Positions 39,962 through 50,487 of a stretch of DNA of 64,000 bases are shown here, in pieces. This DNA is from Candidatus Enterousia sp. (GTDB lineage: Bacteria > Pseudomonadota > Alphaproteobacteria > Rs-D84). The DNA lies in NCBI GenBank assembly GCA_045530935.1, contig JAZSDC010000034.1, forward strand, positions 875-64,874, given 5' to 3'. A program made the translations under genes and the position numbers. Every line of letters starts with the position of its first letter. Positions within the stretch are counted from its first letter, which is position 1. The notes beneath the pieces were generated by a model. The model was given only the letters and a program-made list of their open reading frames with translations, did not search any database and was not told the origin of the DNA.

Positions 39962-41849
39962 CAATCAAAACGCTCGTAACCGCGATGGTTCATCATGGGT
40001 GTTAATGATTTTTGTTGCATTGTTTATTGCTGTAATTGGGCATGTGTTTATAAATACTGGCGGTGCGCCTGTAATGCCGGGGGCACAGTCTATGAATGTT
40101 ACGCGACCGGTTGAGTTGTCTTTTTCTGATGTTATACGTCGCGCAGATGAAATAAAAACTATGAAAATCAATGGGAATGATGTGTCTGGGGTATTGGCAG
40201 ATGGCAGTAAATATACAGCAACCATTACATACGACCCAGAAATGTTGGCTAAATTAGCGCAAACAGGCACTGCAATCACAATTGATACTTCGCGTGGTTG
40301 GTTGGATATTATTGCCACTTTTGCGCCGCTGGCATTGACAATATTATTTATCTTTTGGATTTTGCGTGGCTTTCGTCGTGGTGGCGCCACTGGTGGTATC
40401 AGTCGTACTTTGATTGGTCAAAATCCAACAAAAATCGCCACAGGAAAACCTAAAACGACATTTAAAGATGTTGCAGGTATTGATTCTGAAAAGCAAGAAT
40501 TGTATGAAATCGTAGATTTTTTAAAGAACAAGGATAAATATAAATCCTTGGGTGCGCGTGTGCCACGTGGGGTCTTGTTGTCTGGTCAGCCTGGTACGGG
40601 TAAAACATTATTAGCGCGCGCAATCGCCGGCGAAGCAAATGTGCCATTTTTTGCTGCATCTGGTTCTGATTTTTCAGGTATTATCGTTGGTTTGGGGGTT
40701 GCAAAAATCAAAGAGATTTTTGAAATGGCAAAACGCAATGCGCCATGTATTTTATTTATTGATGAAATTGATGCAATTGGGCAAAAGCGTTCTACCCATT
40801 CATATAATGATCAAGATCGTGAACAGACCTTGAATCAATTATTGATAGAAATGGATGGTTTTGCAAATGATACCGGCATAATTGTAATTGGCGCGACGAA
40901 TCGTGTAGATATGTTAGATGCTGCGTTGTTGCGTCCCGGTCGTTTTGATCGCCAGGTTTATATCGAATTGCCAGATATGGCGGGCCGTCGTGAAATCTTG
41001 GATTTATATGCAAAAAAGGTAAAAATAGCTGATGATGTGAATCTGATGGATTTGGCGCGTGGAACAACTGGTTTTTCAGGTGCTGATTTGGAAAATCTGT
41101 TAAACGAAGCCGCATTGCATGCGGTACGTAATGGCCGTAATAAGATTACGCATGACGATATAGAAGAGGCGCGTGATAAAATCATTATGGGGCCTCGCAA
41201 GATTCGCAAAATGCGCCCAGAAGATATAAAGTTGACCGCATATCACGAAGCAGGGCATGCCTTTGTAAGTCTAGTGTACGAAGGGATCGCAGACCCAATT
41301 CACAAGGCAACGATAATTCCACGTGGTCGTGCCTTGGGCATGGTTCAACACTTGCCGATTGATGATAAAGTTTCTATGACCCTGGCTGAAGTGCGTGCGA
41401 ATTTGTCTATCGCGTTGGCTGGACGCAGTGCCGAAGAAATATTCTTTGGCCCGGACAAGATTACAACTGGCGCGGAAAGCGATATTGCGTCTGCAACACG
41501 TTTGGCACGTTATTCTATAACAACTGCTGGTTTGTCGGCGCGTGTTGGTTTGCCTGCAATTAACCAGGTCGGAACATTTGGTGTTCGTGGTGCGTTGGAA
41601 AATGCGTCCGAAAAAACAGCAGAAATTGTCGATTCGGAAATTCGTGCATGGTTGGATGCCGCGCACAAGGATGCGACAAAGCATCTGACAAAAAACAAAG
41701 CGGTTGTTGAAAAATTGGCCAATGCGTTATTAGAACGCGAAACATTGACCGGCGAAGAAATTCGTGAAATTGTGTTTGATAAACAAAAAAAGACACCGGC
41801 AAAAAAGACAATCAAGAAACGTACTAATGCAGCAAAAACTGGCGAATAA
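39921..41849 (+). CDS. ftsH: ATP-dependent zinc metalloprotease FtsH
   Basis: Walker A GQPGTGKT, second region of homology and the HEAGHA zinc site. The annotated start overlaps tilS by 41 nt; the ATG at 40005 is an alternative start. Confidence 0.93.
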   Translation: MKKLKDLKKSNKDNNQNARNRDGSSWVLMIFVALFIAVIGHVFINTGGAPVMPGAQSMNVTRPVELSFSDVIRRADEIKTMKINGNDVSGVLADGSKYTATITYDPEMLAKLAQTGTAITIDTSRGWLDIIATFAPLALTILFIFWILRGFRRGGATGGISRTLIGQNPTKIATGKPKTTFKDVAGIDSEKQELYEIVDFLKNKDKYKSLGARVPRGVLLSGQPGTGKTLLARAIAGEANVPFFAASGSDFSGIIVGLGVAKIKEIFEMAKRNAPCILFIDEIDAIGQKRSTHSYNDQDREQTLNQLLIEMDGFANDTGIIVIGATNRVDMLDAALLRPGRFDRQVYIELPDMAGRREILDLYAKKVKIADDVNLMDLARGTTGFSGADLENLLNEAALHAVRNGRNKITHDDIEEARDKIIMGPRKIRKMRPEDIKLTAYHEAGHAFVSLVYEGIADPIHKATIIPRGRALGMVQHLPIDDKVSMTLAEVRANLSIALAGRSAEEIFFGPDKITTGAESDIASATRLARYSITTAGLSARVGLPAINQVGTFGVRGALENASEKTAEIVDSEIRAWLDAAHKDATKHLTKNKAVVEKLANALLERETLTGEEIREIVFDKQKKTPAKKTIKKRTNAAKTGE

Positions 41850-41868
41850 CAAATTTGAATTGATACAA

Positions 41869-42477
41869 ATGCCACCACAAAACACCCAGTCTGTGATTGT
41901 GTCTGTTGGGGGTGATTGTGTTGTTTTTGATCCGTGGGGGCGTGTAGACGACTGGGTGAATGCGCTGGATGCGCGTGGGCTAAAGTTGTGTGCGATTTAT
42001 GCAACGCACGGCCATCCCGATCATATCGCGTGTGCCCCAATGCTGGCAAAAATATACGGTGTTCCGTGGTACTTGCATTCAGGTGATTTTCGTTTGGTCG
42101 GCTGGGGAAATGGTTTGCTGGAATATTTTGGTTTGCCACCAATTAATATAGACGATTTGCGTCCTACACCGTTGGATATATCGCGTACAGAAATTTTACC
42201 AAGTATGTTTATGGATATCATTGAAACTCCTGGACACACACCTGGTGGTGTTGCGTACAGTTTTCCCGATGAAAAAATTATCATAATTGGTGATACATTG
42301 TTCCAAGAATCTATTGGTCGGTATGATTTACCGGGCGGTGATGAAAAGATGTTGTTTAAATCAATTTCGAATCTGTACAATATGAATTTGTCAGGTGACA
42401 CGGAAATAGTGCATGGACATGGTATGGCCACGACGGTAGACTGGTTAAAACAAAACAATCCGTATTTCCATAATTAA
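41869..42477 (+). CDS. Metallo-beta-lactamase-fold hydrolase (glyoxalase II-like)
   Basis: HGHPDH metal-binding motif. I trimmed the start to the ATG just after the ftsH stop. Confidence 0.7.
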   Translation: MPPQNTQSVIVSVGGDCVVFDPWGRVDDWVNALDARGLKLCAIYATHGHPDHIACAPMLAKIYGVPWYLHSGDFRLVGWGNGLLEYFGLPPINIDDLRPTPLDISRTEILPSMFMDIIETPGHTPGGVAYSFPDEKIIIIGDTLFQESIGRYDLPGGDEKMLFKSISNLYNMNLSGDTEIVHGHGMATTVDWLKQNNPYFHN

Positions 42478-42481
42478 AATG

Positions 42482-43126
42482 CTAAATATATAAATTTTCT
42501 GTTTTGGATATTTCGTGCAGGCTGGCCGGATTTCCGTTAATGTACCCGCACCGATGTACCCCATTTGGAAAGTCTCGCTTTAAATTTAACCCGAGTTTTT
42601 TGTTGTAATAATCTATTGGGACGCCTGTCTTTTTGCCGTTTTTCCAGTGTCGTTCGCAGTTGATGGAACCGTCATCGTTATAGACCAGTTCTGGTCCGTT
42701 TTTTACTCCGTCCTTATAGATGGCAACAGAGTTACCAATTTTGTGCTGTCCATTTAAAGGCTGCCCATTTTCTGAATAATTAATAATTGGGGCAATAACG
42801 CTATCATCCTTATATGTAGTCCGGCTTGCAACTTGGCCATTTTGATAAAATATCTTTATCTCTCCGTTCAAAGGAATTGGTTTTTTATTAAAAACACGCC
42901 GTTCTTTTTCTTCTAGCTTTAACTTTTCTTTAACTTTTTCAAGCTCGCTTTTTTCATAATTATACTTTTCTGTATTTACTAATACCATTATGTAAAATGT
43001 TGCGCATGTTGCACCAAAAAACACCCCAGACAACAGTCGTAACTCAAAAGTGTAGACCAACAAGGTAGCAACCAGCCCGGCCGCAAAAAGTGTTTCTAGA
43101 CGATCTGCTATCTTTGAAATATCCAT
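42482..43126 (-). CDS. Membrane-anchored MORN/YwqK-like repeat protein
   Basis: N-terminal TM segments, then repeated YxxGxxxG / NG-rich MORN-variant units. Confidence 0.5.
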   Translation of the reverse strand: MDISKIADRLETLFAAGLVATLLVYTFELRLLSGVFFGATCATFYIMVLVNTEKYNYEKSELEKVKEKLKLEEKERRVFNKKPIPLNGEIKIFYQNGQVASRTTYKDDSVIAPIINYSENGQPLNGQHKIGNSVAIYKDGVKNGPELVYNDDGSINCERHWKNGKKTGVPIDYYNKKLGLNLKRDFPNGVHRCGYINGNPASLHEISKTENLYI

Positions 43127-43130
43127 CGGG

Positions 43131-43853
43131 TTACTTTAACTTCTTGGTCCACTCGTTATCTGGGAAATTTAGTTTTAACATCTCCGAATATCCTTTTGCC
43201 TGTTCTGGTAATCCGATTGCGGTATATGCTTCGGTCAGTCTGAACATAGCCTCGGGTGTCATAACGGTTTCCTGGGCGTCTGTAACGATTGATTGTAGTC
43301 TACTAATTGCACTGGGCCAGTTTTCTTTTTGCATATCATTTCGTGCAGAATACATAACTTTGCCCGCAATATAGTTTTTTAAGATATTTATTTTGTTTTC
43401 TGCATTTTTTGCATATTCGCTGCGTGGAAAGCGCTGGGTCAATGCCTGGAATTGTTGTAATGCGTATGCAGACATGCCCGGTTCACGACGTACATCGCTG
43501 ACTTGGCGATAATAGCACATACCACGCAGATACATTATATACGGTACGTTTTTATGCCCTGGGTGAAAACGCATAAAACGATCTGTTGTTAAAATAGCGC
43601 CCGCAAAGTCGTTATCCATATAATATGAATACGCCGCCATAATCAGTGCGTCGGGCGCCCATGGACTTGATGGATGCTGAGTTTCTGCTTTTAAAAATTC
43701 AGCGGCTGCTTCTTCATAATTTTCTTCATTAAATTCTTCGTATGCAGTTTTATATATATCTGTCAAAGGTTGTTCTGCTGTGATTTGTTGGTCAGAGCCT
43801 GCGCAACCAGCCAATATTGCCAGCGCAGATATAATTGCAAAATGTTTTTTCAT
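43131..43853 (-). CDS. bamD: Outer-membrane protein assembly factor BamD (TPR lipoprotein)
   Basis: Lipobox ALAILAGCAGS at the internal ATG at 43853. The 420-aa ORF-track call extends upstream through a low-complexity frame. The BamD/YfiO TPR pattern follows. Confidence 0.8.
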   Translation of the reverse strand: MKKHFAIISALAILAGCAGSDQQITAEQPLTDIYKTAYEEFNEENYEEAAAEFLKAETQHPSSPWAPDALIMAAYSYYMDNDFAGAILTTDRFMRFHPGHKNVPYIMYLRGMCYYRQVSDVRREPGMSAYALQQFQALTQRFPRSEYAKNAENKINILKNYIAGKVMYSARNDMQKENWPSAISRLQSIVTDAQETVMTPEAMFRLTEAYTAIGLPEQAKGYSEMLKLNFPDNEWTKKLK

Positions 43854-43905
43854 ATTTGTATTCCTGTCTTGATTTTTCTTTGTATAACGCAGTATAATCC
43901 AAACT

Positions 43906-45369
43906 ATGAAACTAGGCAAACATATTTTCGGCGTTGGTGCAATGACAGGCATCAGCAGGATATTTGGCTTTATACGTGACATGTTAATTGCGCGTGTTTT
44001 GGGGGCAGGGCGCATGTCTGATATATTTTTGGCGGCATTTAAATTGCCGAATTTATTTCGTGATTTGTTGGGCGAAGGGGCGCTGTCTGCAATATTTATA
44101 CCGATGTATACAGATTCCAAGAAAGATGAATCGTTTGCGCGTAATGTTTTTTCTTGGTTGATGGTTGTTTTATTAGCCATAACAATATTGTTTGAAATCT
44201 TTATGCCGTTGGTTGTATGGGTGTTAGCGCCTGGTTTTGATGCGACACCTGGTAAAATGGAAATGACGGTATTGATATCGCGAATAATGTTTGTGTATGT
44301 GATATTTATATGTGGCGCTGCGTTTTTATCCGCGATACTGAACGCATTTTCTCGCTTTGTTTTGGCTGCATTTATGCCTGTTTTATTAAACATTATGTTA
44401 ATTTGCGCATTGTTATTTGCACTGATATTTGGATCGGATTATATCTTATATTTAATGGCAGGAACGGTTGTTTTGTCTGGTGTTGTACAATTTGGGGTTT
44501 TATGGTTGCGTATTCGCCGCCATCATTTTGGTTTGCGTCTGATTGTTCCGCGTTGGACGCCTGGAATCAGTCAGATGTTTCGTCGTTTTGGGGTCAGTAT
44601 TGTTGGCAGCGGTTTTTACCAGATTACGATAATAGTCGGTACCCTGGTGGCCAGTTTCCAAAGCGGTGCGGTTTCGTGGCTGTATTATTCTGATCGCATT
44701 GTTCAGTTGCCATTCGCGATGATTGGGTTGGCGGTTGGTACGGTGTTGATGTCATCTATTTCGAATGCGTTGGCGGACAAAAATATGCGTAGTGTTTATA
44801 TTCAACAAAATTCATCAACGCGTCGTTCGTTAATGTTAACGTTGCCATGCGTTGCAGGATTGTTTGTGTTGGCGGAACCTATAATTAAATACCTGTTTGA
44901 ATATGGGGCCTGGACATCTGCGTCAACACATGCTGTTGCGATGGCGATAAAAATTCAGGTGTTGGTTTTGCCGGCGATGGTGTTAAGTCAAATATACAGC
45001 AAGACATTGTATGCCACCCAGGATGTAAAAACACCTGTTAAAACCAGTGTGATATCATTGGGAGGGGCCGCGGTATTGTATCTTGCGTTATTTCCGTTTG
45101 CTGGATATTTAGCGATTCCAATTGGGGTGGTGGTCAGCGGCTATTTAAAGAATTATTTATTGGCGCGCGCATGCCGCAAACGTGCATTAATACGGCATGA
45201 TGGGCGTACTGTGCGTTCTGTATTGTCGTTTGCGATTTTGTCAGGTGTATTAGGACTGTGCTTATCATTTGTATCAATATCAGGTATAATAACATTAGGG
45301 TTGGCTATTGCTGTGTATGGTGTTGTGTATTTGCCTGTGGCCTATATTATAGAATCTAAAATAAGATGA
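43906..45369 (+). CDS. murJ: Lipid II flippase MurJ
   Basis: 487 aa with about 14 TM segments and the MviN N-terminal pattern (RIFGFIRDMLIARVLGAG). Confidence 0.88.
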   Translation: MKLGKHIFGVGAMTGISRIFGFIRDMLIARVLGAGRMSDIFLAAFKLPNLFRDLLGEGALSAIFIPMYTDSKKDESFARNVFSWLMVVLLAITILFEIFMPLVVWVLAPGFDATPGKMEMTVLISRIMFVYVIFICGAAFLSAILNAFSRFVLAAFMPVLLNIMLICALLFALIFGSDYILYLMAGTVVLSGVVQFGVLWLRIRRHHFGLRLIVPRWTPGISQMFRRFGVSIVGSGFYQITIIVGTLVASFQSGAVSWLYYSDRIVQLPFAMIGLAVGTVLMSSISNALADKNMRSVYIQQNSSTRRSLMLTLPCVAGLFVLAEPIIKYLFEYGAWTSASTHAVAMAIKIQVLVLPAMVLSQIYSKTLYATQDVKTPVKTSVISLGGAAVLYLALFPFAGYLAIPIGVVVSGYLKNYLLARACRKRALIRHDGRTVRSVLSFAILSGVLGLCLSFVSISGIITLGLAIAVYGVVYLPVAYIIESKIR

Positions 45370-45446
45370 TAAAATAGATTTGAAAAGCTACTTGTTTTAT
45401 GATAATATACAAAATATAAATACAAGAATGTAAGGAGTCCTAAATC

Positions 45447-46352
45447 ATGAAAAAAGTTGTTTCTTTGGCGGTGTTGGCCACTGTTTTATCAGGCTGTATG
45501 GATTTAAATCCATCTGGTCGTGGCACCAATTATAATGCAGATGGTTTTGGCGAAGAAGTTTTGGTCACCAGTGCGCCACAACAGTCACTAGGTGATACAT
45601 ATTTGTTAGCTGCTGCACCAAAATATTATGTTGGTACAGCTTACAAGGTTGATGATGTGCAATATATCCCTGTTGAAGATATGACATATAATCAGACGGG
45701 TGTTGCAGGAATTATACCAACAGAATTAAATGGCACAAAAACCAGTAATGGTGAAATTTTTGACGTAAATCAGATGGTCGCGACCAGCAAGACATTACCA
45801 TTGCCGACAATTGTTCGCGTAACAAATTTGGATAACGGCCAGAGTGTAGATGTTCGTGTCAATAATCGTGGGCCTTTTGTTAATACGCGTTTAATGGATT
45901 TGTCGCCTGCAGCGGCTCAAAAAATTGGCATAAATGGTCAGGCAAAGGTTCAAATTCAGGTTTTGCCAGAACAGACAATGATTGTCAAGAATGCTACATT
46001 GGGGACTGTTCCTGTTGTAGAAGCGCCTGCTGCCCAACTTGCACCTGCCCAACCTGCACCTGTTGAAGCTGCTCCTGTTGAAGCTGCGCCTGTTGCACAA
46101 CCGGTTGTGGCGGGCGATTATTCTGTTCAGATTGCCGCCTTTTATGCCCAGGACAGCGCAGATGCATTGGTACAGCGCATGAAAACATATGGTGACGCAG
46201 TTGTTGTAAACGAAGGTGATATGTTCAAGGTTCGTATCATCAATCTGGATGCAACCCAGGCGCGCAATGTTATTGATAATTTGCGTTCAAACGAAGGTAT
46301 GGCACCTGGCTTGCTAAAGGCAGGACGTTGGGTAAACCCAGACAGTATTTAA
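45447..46352 (+). CDS. rlpA: RlpA-like (DPBB) lipoprotein with a C-terminal SPOR domain
   Basis: Lipobox LSGC; DPBB motif TSKTLPLPTIVRVTNLDNGQSVDVRVNNRGPF; an A/P-rich linker; and SPOR (YSVQIAAF...). Confidence 0.8.
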   Translation: MKKVVSLAVLATVLSGCMDLNPSGRGTNYNADGFGEEVLVTSAPQQSLGDTYLLAAAPKYYVGTAYKVDDVQYIPVEDMTYNQTGVAGIIPTELNGTKTSNGEIFDVNQMVATSKTLPLPTIVRVTNLDNGQSVDVRVNNRGPFVNTRLMDLSPAAAQKIGINGQAKVQIQVLPEQTMIVKNATLGTVPVVEAPAAQLAPAQPAPVEAAPVEAAPVAQPVVAGDYSVQIAAFYAQDSADALVQRMKTYGDAVVVNEGDMFKVRIINLDATQARNVIDNLRSNEGMAPGLLKAGRWVNPDSI

Positions 46353-46356
46353 AATT

Positions 46357-46375
46357 AGCCCCCATTATGGGGGCT
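46357..46375. terminator. Bidirectional terminator hairpin (agccccc-attat-gggggct) between the rlpA-like gene and the recombinase gene
   Basis: A perfect inverted repeat flanked by A and T runs. Confidence 0.65.
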
Positions 46376-46380
46376 TTTTT

Positions 46381-47292
46381 TTATTCCTTTGCACGCGGGT
46401 GTGCGTTTGAATATATGCTTGTTATTTCTTCTAAATTAACTTTGGTGTACAGTTGGGTCGTTGACAGGGATGAATGCCCCAGCAATTCTTGCAAACTGCG
46501 CAAATCTGCACCATCTGCCAGCAATGCCGTCGCGAACGTATGGCGCAACGCATGTGGTGTTACAAAGTCTGGTAATTGTAAATAATGTCGCAGGTTTTCC
46601 ACAACTTTTTCAGCCATGCGGGGCGACATAGGCAGGCCACGTACGCTTCGAAACAATACATCGTTTGCATCGTTTCCAAAAGGGCGCAGTTTTTCATATT
46701 TTTCAATCGCGTTCCATACTGCGGGTAACACAGGAACCAGTCTTTCTTTATTGCCTTTTCCAACAATTCGCAAGACATCTGGGCGATTTTTAACATCGTT
46801 GTTACACAGATTTAATGCTTCGGATATTCGCAGACCACACCCAAACAGCAAAACGACCAACGCCCAATCGCGCGCAGCAATCCATGGTTCGTGCGCATCA
46901 ATTTGTTTAATAGCGCCATACATATTTTCGACATCAATAGGATTAATGGCTTTCGATAATTTTCTAGGGGCTTTTGGTGATGATATCAATCCAATTGCCT
47001 CGTTTTTTATTGCGTATTTTTTGTCGATAAAGCGAAAGAAACAGCGTATCGAAGATAATGCGCGTGCCGTTGCGGTATGCGACAGTCCGCGTTTTTGTCT
47101 GTTTGCCAAATATGCCCGAAAGCAGATTGTGTCTGCGCGACTAAAATCACCCGGGCTGGGTGTACAACCGTTATATTCGGATAAGAATTTGATAAAGTCG
47201 CCAACGTCATTTTCGTATGCTGTCACTGTATGGGCAGAATATTTTTTTATCTGTACCAGATAGTCAACAAAATTGGCGACAATATCTTTCAT
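46381..47292 (-). CDS. Tyrosine site-specific recombinase, XerC/XerD family
   Basis: Catalytic R..HxxR..Y pattern (RHTFATALL...LGHSSLSTTQLYTKV). Confidence 0.85.
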   Translation of the reverse strand: MKDIVANFVDYLVQIKKYSAHTVTAYENDVGDFIKFLSEYNGCTPSPGDFSRADTICFRAYLANRQKRGLSHTATARALSSIRCFFRFIDKKYAIKNEAIGLISSPKAPRKLSKAINPIDVENMYGAIKQIDAHEPWIAARDWALVVLLFGCGLRISEALNLCNNDVKNRPDVLRIVGKGNKERLVPVLPAVWNAIEKYEKLRPFGNDANDVLFRSVRGLPMSPRMAEKVVENLRHYLQLPDFVTPHALRHTFATALLADGADLRSLQELLGHSSLSTTQLYTKVNLEEITSIYSNAHPRAKE

Positions 47293-47299
47293 GTTTACT

Positions 47300-48034
47300 T
47301 TATTTAATTTCGAATATTGCTGACACAGATACGGTCATTTCTGCGTCTTTTCCAACAATTGTGCCTGCTGTATCCAATGCCATTGCTTCATTTACAGCCA
47401 TTTTTGTACGCATCAATCCATATGTCGGTATTGCAACCTCGCTCATGCGTGTTCCATATGATGCTGCCAGCATTTTCCCTGCTTGTTTTCCGTCGCCACT
47501 GGCCAAGGCACTTGCGCGCAGTCGCGCATTTTCAACGGCTTCCCCCAGACATTTTTCCAATGCGATTTTTGTTGTTTTGGGACTGGCATAAATGCGTAAA
47601 TTTTCTGTATAAATATCTGTGGCACCAGCAAATTGTGCTAAAATATTTTCTATTGTTGTTGTGTTATCTGCGGAAACCTCTATCGCGATGGTTGTTTCTA
47701 TTCCAACTTGAATTGATTTTTGTTGTTCGCGGTCCCATTCTGTCTTTTCGTATGAGTTGAATTGGGTTGTTTGCATTTCTACCGACATACTTTCCAACTG
47801 TTTGGTTATTTCGCTTGCTTTATCTGTAGCTTGCTTCATTGATTCTGCGGCTGTTTTTGCCAGTGTTGTTACGCGTAAAGTTATTGCGGTTTTATCTTTT
47901 TTTACATTCGTGATGCATTCGCCATTTACAGATATTGTGCGTACGCTGTTGTTATTGTCGATTGTTCCGAATAATAATGCCATGATGGCCCCTGCACCAA
48001 CAACAGAACCGATCCAAACAAATGTTTTTTTCAT
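47300..48034 (-). CDS. SIMPL (DUF541) periplasmic protein, second paralog
   Basis: Signal/TM segment MKKTFVWIGSVVGAGAIMALL. I trimmed the start to the ATG at 48034 to remove the overlap with trpS. Confidence 0.6.
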   Translation of the reverse strand: MKKTFVWIGSVVGAGAIMALLFGTIDNNNSVRTISVNGECITNVKKDKTAITLRVTTLAKTAAESMKQATDKASEITKQLESMSVEMQTTQFNSYEKTEWDREQQKSIQVGIETTIAIEVSADNTTTIENILAQFAGATDIYTENLRIYASPKTTKIALEKCLGEAVENARLRASALASGDGKQAGKMLAASYGTRMSEVAIPTYGLMRTKMAVNEAMALDTAGTIVGKDAEMTVSVSAIFEIK

Positions 48035-48056
48035 ATTTTCTCTCCCTTGTGTATGT

Positions 48057-49049
48057 TTATCCCAGCATTGCCTTTTTAACGCGTGCCAGTGTTTCGCGTG
48101 CAACCGCACCTGCGCGTTTTGCGCCATCTGCCAAAATTGCATCAATTTCCGCCGTATTTGACATCAGGTATTCATATTTTGCGCGTGGCTCTGCCAGTAC
48201 TGAATTAATTTTTTCAAACAGTATTGTTTTTGCTGTGCCATATCCCATACCGCCACGACGGAACATTTCTGCAAATTCTGCAATCTCGGCATCTGTTGCG
48301 AAATGTTTATACAGTTGATATATCGTGGATTCATCAGGATCTTTTTTATCTTCGGGCAGTTTAGAATCCGTAATAATGCGCATAATTTTCTTTTTCAAAT
48401 CCTTTTCTGGCGCAAACAGCGGGATGATATTGTCATAAGATTTGCTCATCTTGCGTCCATCCAACCCGGGTATCAGACCTGTTTCTGCGCCGATAACAGG
48501 TTCTGGCATTTTAAATGTATCGCCATATATTTTATTAAAGTACCCTGCAATATCGCGCGCAAATTCAACATGCTGTTTTTGGTCTGCGCCCACTGGCACA
48601 ATGTCAGAATTATACAGCAAAATATCGGCTGTCATTAAAATTGGATATGTGTACAGTCCCATATTAATCCCTGCATCAACATCTGCACCAATCGCGATGT
48701 TTTTATCCATTGCCGCCTTGTACGAATGTGCGCGGTTCATTAGCCCCTTGGGTGTGACATTCGTCAACAGCGTGTTCAGATGATAGATTTCGCTAATATC
48801 AGACTGGCGGAATAATATTGCGTTGTTCAAATCCAGTCCCAATGCAACCATTAATGCCGCAATTTCATAAGTGTGCTGTTTTATCTGTGTGGCATCGTGA
48901 ATTGTGTTTAATGCATGCAAATCCGCAATAAACATAAATGTTTTCTGTGTTTTTGACTGCTCAATTAATGGTTTCAGCGCGCCAACATAGTTCCCCAAAT
49001 GTGGCATACCAGTCGGCTTAATCCCTGTTAATACTATCTTTTCAGACAT
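48057..49049 (-). CDS. trpS: Tryptophan--tRNA ligase
   Basis: TGIKPTGMPHLGNY (HIGH region) and KMSKS. Confidence 0.93.
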   Translation of the reverse strand: MSEKIVLTGIKPTGMPHLGNYVGALKPLIEQSKTQKTFMFIADLHALNTIHDATQIKQHTYEIAALMVALGLDLNNAILFRQSDISEIYHLNTLLTNVTPKGLMNRAHSYKAAMDKNIAIGADVDAGINMGLYTYPILMTADILLYNSDIVPVGADQKQHVEFARDIAGYFNKIYGDTFKMPEPVIGAETGLIPGLDGRKMSKSYDNIIPLFAPEKDLKKKIMRIITDSKLPEDKKDPDESTIYQLYKHFATDAEIAEFAEMFRRGGMGYGTAKTILFEKINSVLAEPRAKYEYLMSNTAEIDAILADGAKRAGAVARETLARVKKAMLG

Positions 49050-49271
49050 AGTAAATACCTTTTATTATTTTTATCGTTTTTATTTTAGTAATTTTGTTTA
49101 TGAAATGAAAGCCCAAATTTACTTTGCCCGGGCCCCAGGGGCGCAAAAATTTAGTCGGCGACAACGCGCCAGCATTTAGAATCAGAAAAGATACAAATTT
49201 TTCTTAACATGCTTATATTATAGACAAAACATGAAAAAAAATCAATAAAAAACCGCCAAACGGCGGCATTT

Positions 49272-49637
49272 TTACTTCTTGCGCGGATGTTTAACCTGAA
49301 TTTTCTGATGGATAATTTTGTGTCGTGTTTCATCAAATGTTCTGATGGCCTGTTCGGGCGCAATAACATTATTCAGATTTTGCAGCATCAAAGGCGTAAA
49401 TTTTTGTTGCATACCCAACAGCGCGTGATGCAATGCAGGATCAATGGGTACACCACGGTTTGCGCGTTTCAATACAATCAGCATATTTTGATAAAATTTG
49501 CGCTTCATCAGCATGCATGCAAATTTTTCATTCTTGCACAGTGCCAGTATTTGATACGCGACGTCATATGTTATATTTCCGGTGGAATCTGGATTGGCAA
49601 CAATCGCATTTTCCATTGCGCAAAACAGTTCACTCAT
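49272..49637 (-). CDS. Hypothetical protein (121 aa) upstream of dcd
   Basis: Intact ORF with a gccgcc-gttt-ggcgg terminator after its stop. Confidence 0.4.
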   Translation of the reverse strand: MSELFCAMENAIVANPDSTGNITYDVAYQILALCKNEKFACMLMKRKFYQNMLIVLKRANRGVPIDPALHHALLGMQQKFTPLMLQNLNNVIAPEQAIRTFDETRHKIIHQKIQVKHPRKK

Positions 49638-49785
49638 GTCGTTAAAATCTTTAACAAAGGCCTTGTTTTCAGGCGACTCTTTTGACGCACTTAATATGCG
49701 ATGTGCAACCTTAAAAGTGTCGCGGACGGTAAAATAGTATTATTCAGAATCTTGCATAAACTGACTCATACTGACGCGTCCTTGG

Positions 49786-50487
49786 TTATCGCTGTTTTTG
49801 TATAAAATCATCAACTGGTATAACTGCGGCGGCGGTTGGTCCGCGTTGCCCGTTATAGTGACTGGCTGGGTTTTTGTCGTACGGCATGCGATTACCGGAA
49901 AACTTTTCATAGTAAATCTGACCAATGCGCATGTTCGGATAAACAACCGTTGGATATAAAACGCGTATTTCCAATGTCCATTCGCCACAGAATCCATCGT
50001 CACCACGACCCGCAGTATGGTGATTCAGTATAAAATTGCGCCCAACACTGGATTTTCCGTCAATGTACGGGAACAGGTTGCGCGTTTCTGTGTATTCAAC
50101 TGTTGACCCCAGGTACCCGATGTCTGGTGATAAAATCAACCCGGTTTTTGGGATTTTTATATCAATTGTTTCGTGATGTTTTGGATTTGTTGGGTCAATT
50201 AAATAGTGCGGATTGCGAATGTCATATATATCTGGAAATTTGCAAAATATTTCATATCTTTCTTCATCTTCAAACCAATCGAGCATAATATGATCTTTTG
50301 GGTTGCCTTTATATTCAATCGCTGGTTTCATGCCATCCGGCAATGTGTGCCGGTATACACGCAGTGTATCTGCCAAATGCAGGTCATAACTGTTGCTGCC
50401 CAGGCATCGCAGATCAAATGGTTCAATAACGATATCTGGATTTTTTGCCTGCATGCGTTTTAAAATTTCTGGTCCTGTTAATTGCAT
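49786..50487 (-). CDS. dcd: dCTP deaminase family protein (long variant)
   Basis: The C-terminal half aligns with E. coli Dcd (..DGKSSVGRNF...GEWTLEIRV...NMRIGQIYYEKF...NGQRG). Confidence 0.75.
   Translation of the reverse strand: MQLTGPEILKRMQAKNPDIVIEPFDLRCLGSNSYDLHLADTLRVYRHTLPDGMKPAIEYKGNPKDHIMLDWFEDEERYEIFCKFPDIYDIRNPHYLIDPTNPKHHETIDIKIPKTGLILSPDIGYLGSTVEYTETRNLFPYIDGKSSVGRNFILNHHTAGRGDDGFCGEWTLEIRVLYPTVVYPNMRIGQIYYEKFSGNRMPYDKNPASHYNGQRGPTAAAVIPVDDFIQKQR

Noticed and set aside
49050-49271. Possible small RNA (4.5S/6S-like) in the GC-rich patch gcccgggccccaggggcgc upstream of trpS
   Set aside because: It has no SRP RNA domain IV motif or 6S-like architecture. It is more likely promoter and terminator sequence (gccgcc-gttt-ggcgg terminator of the upstream gene).
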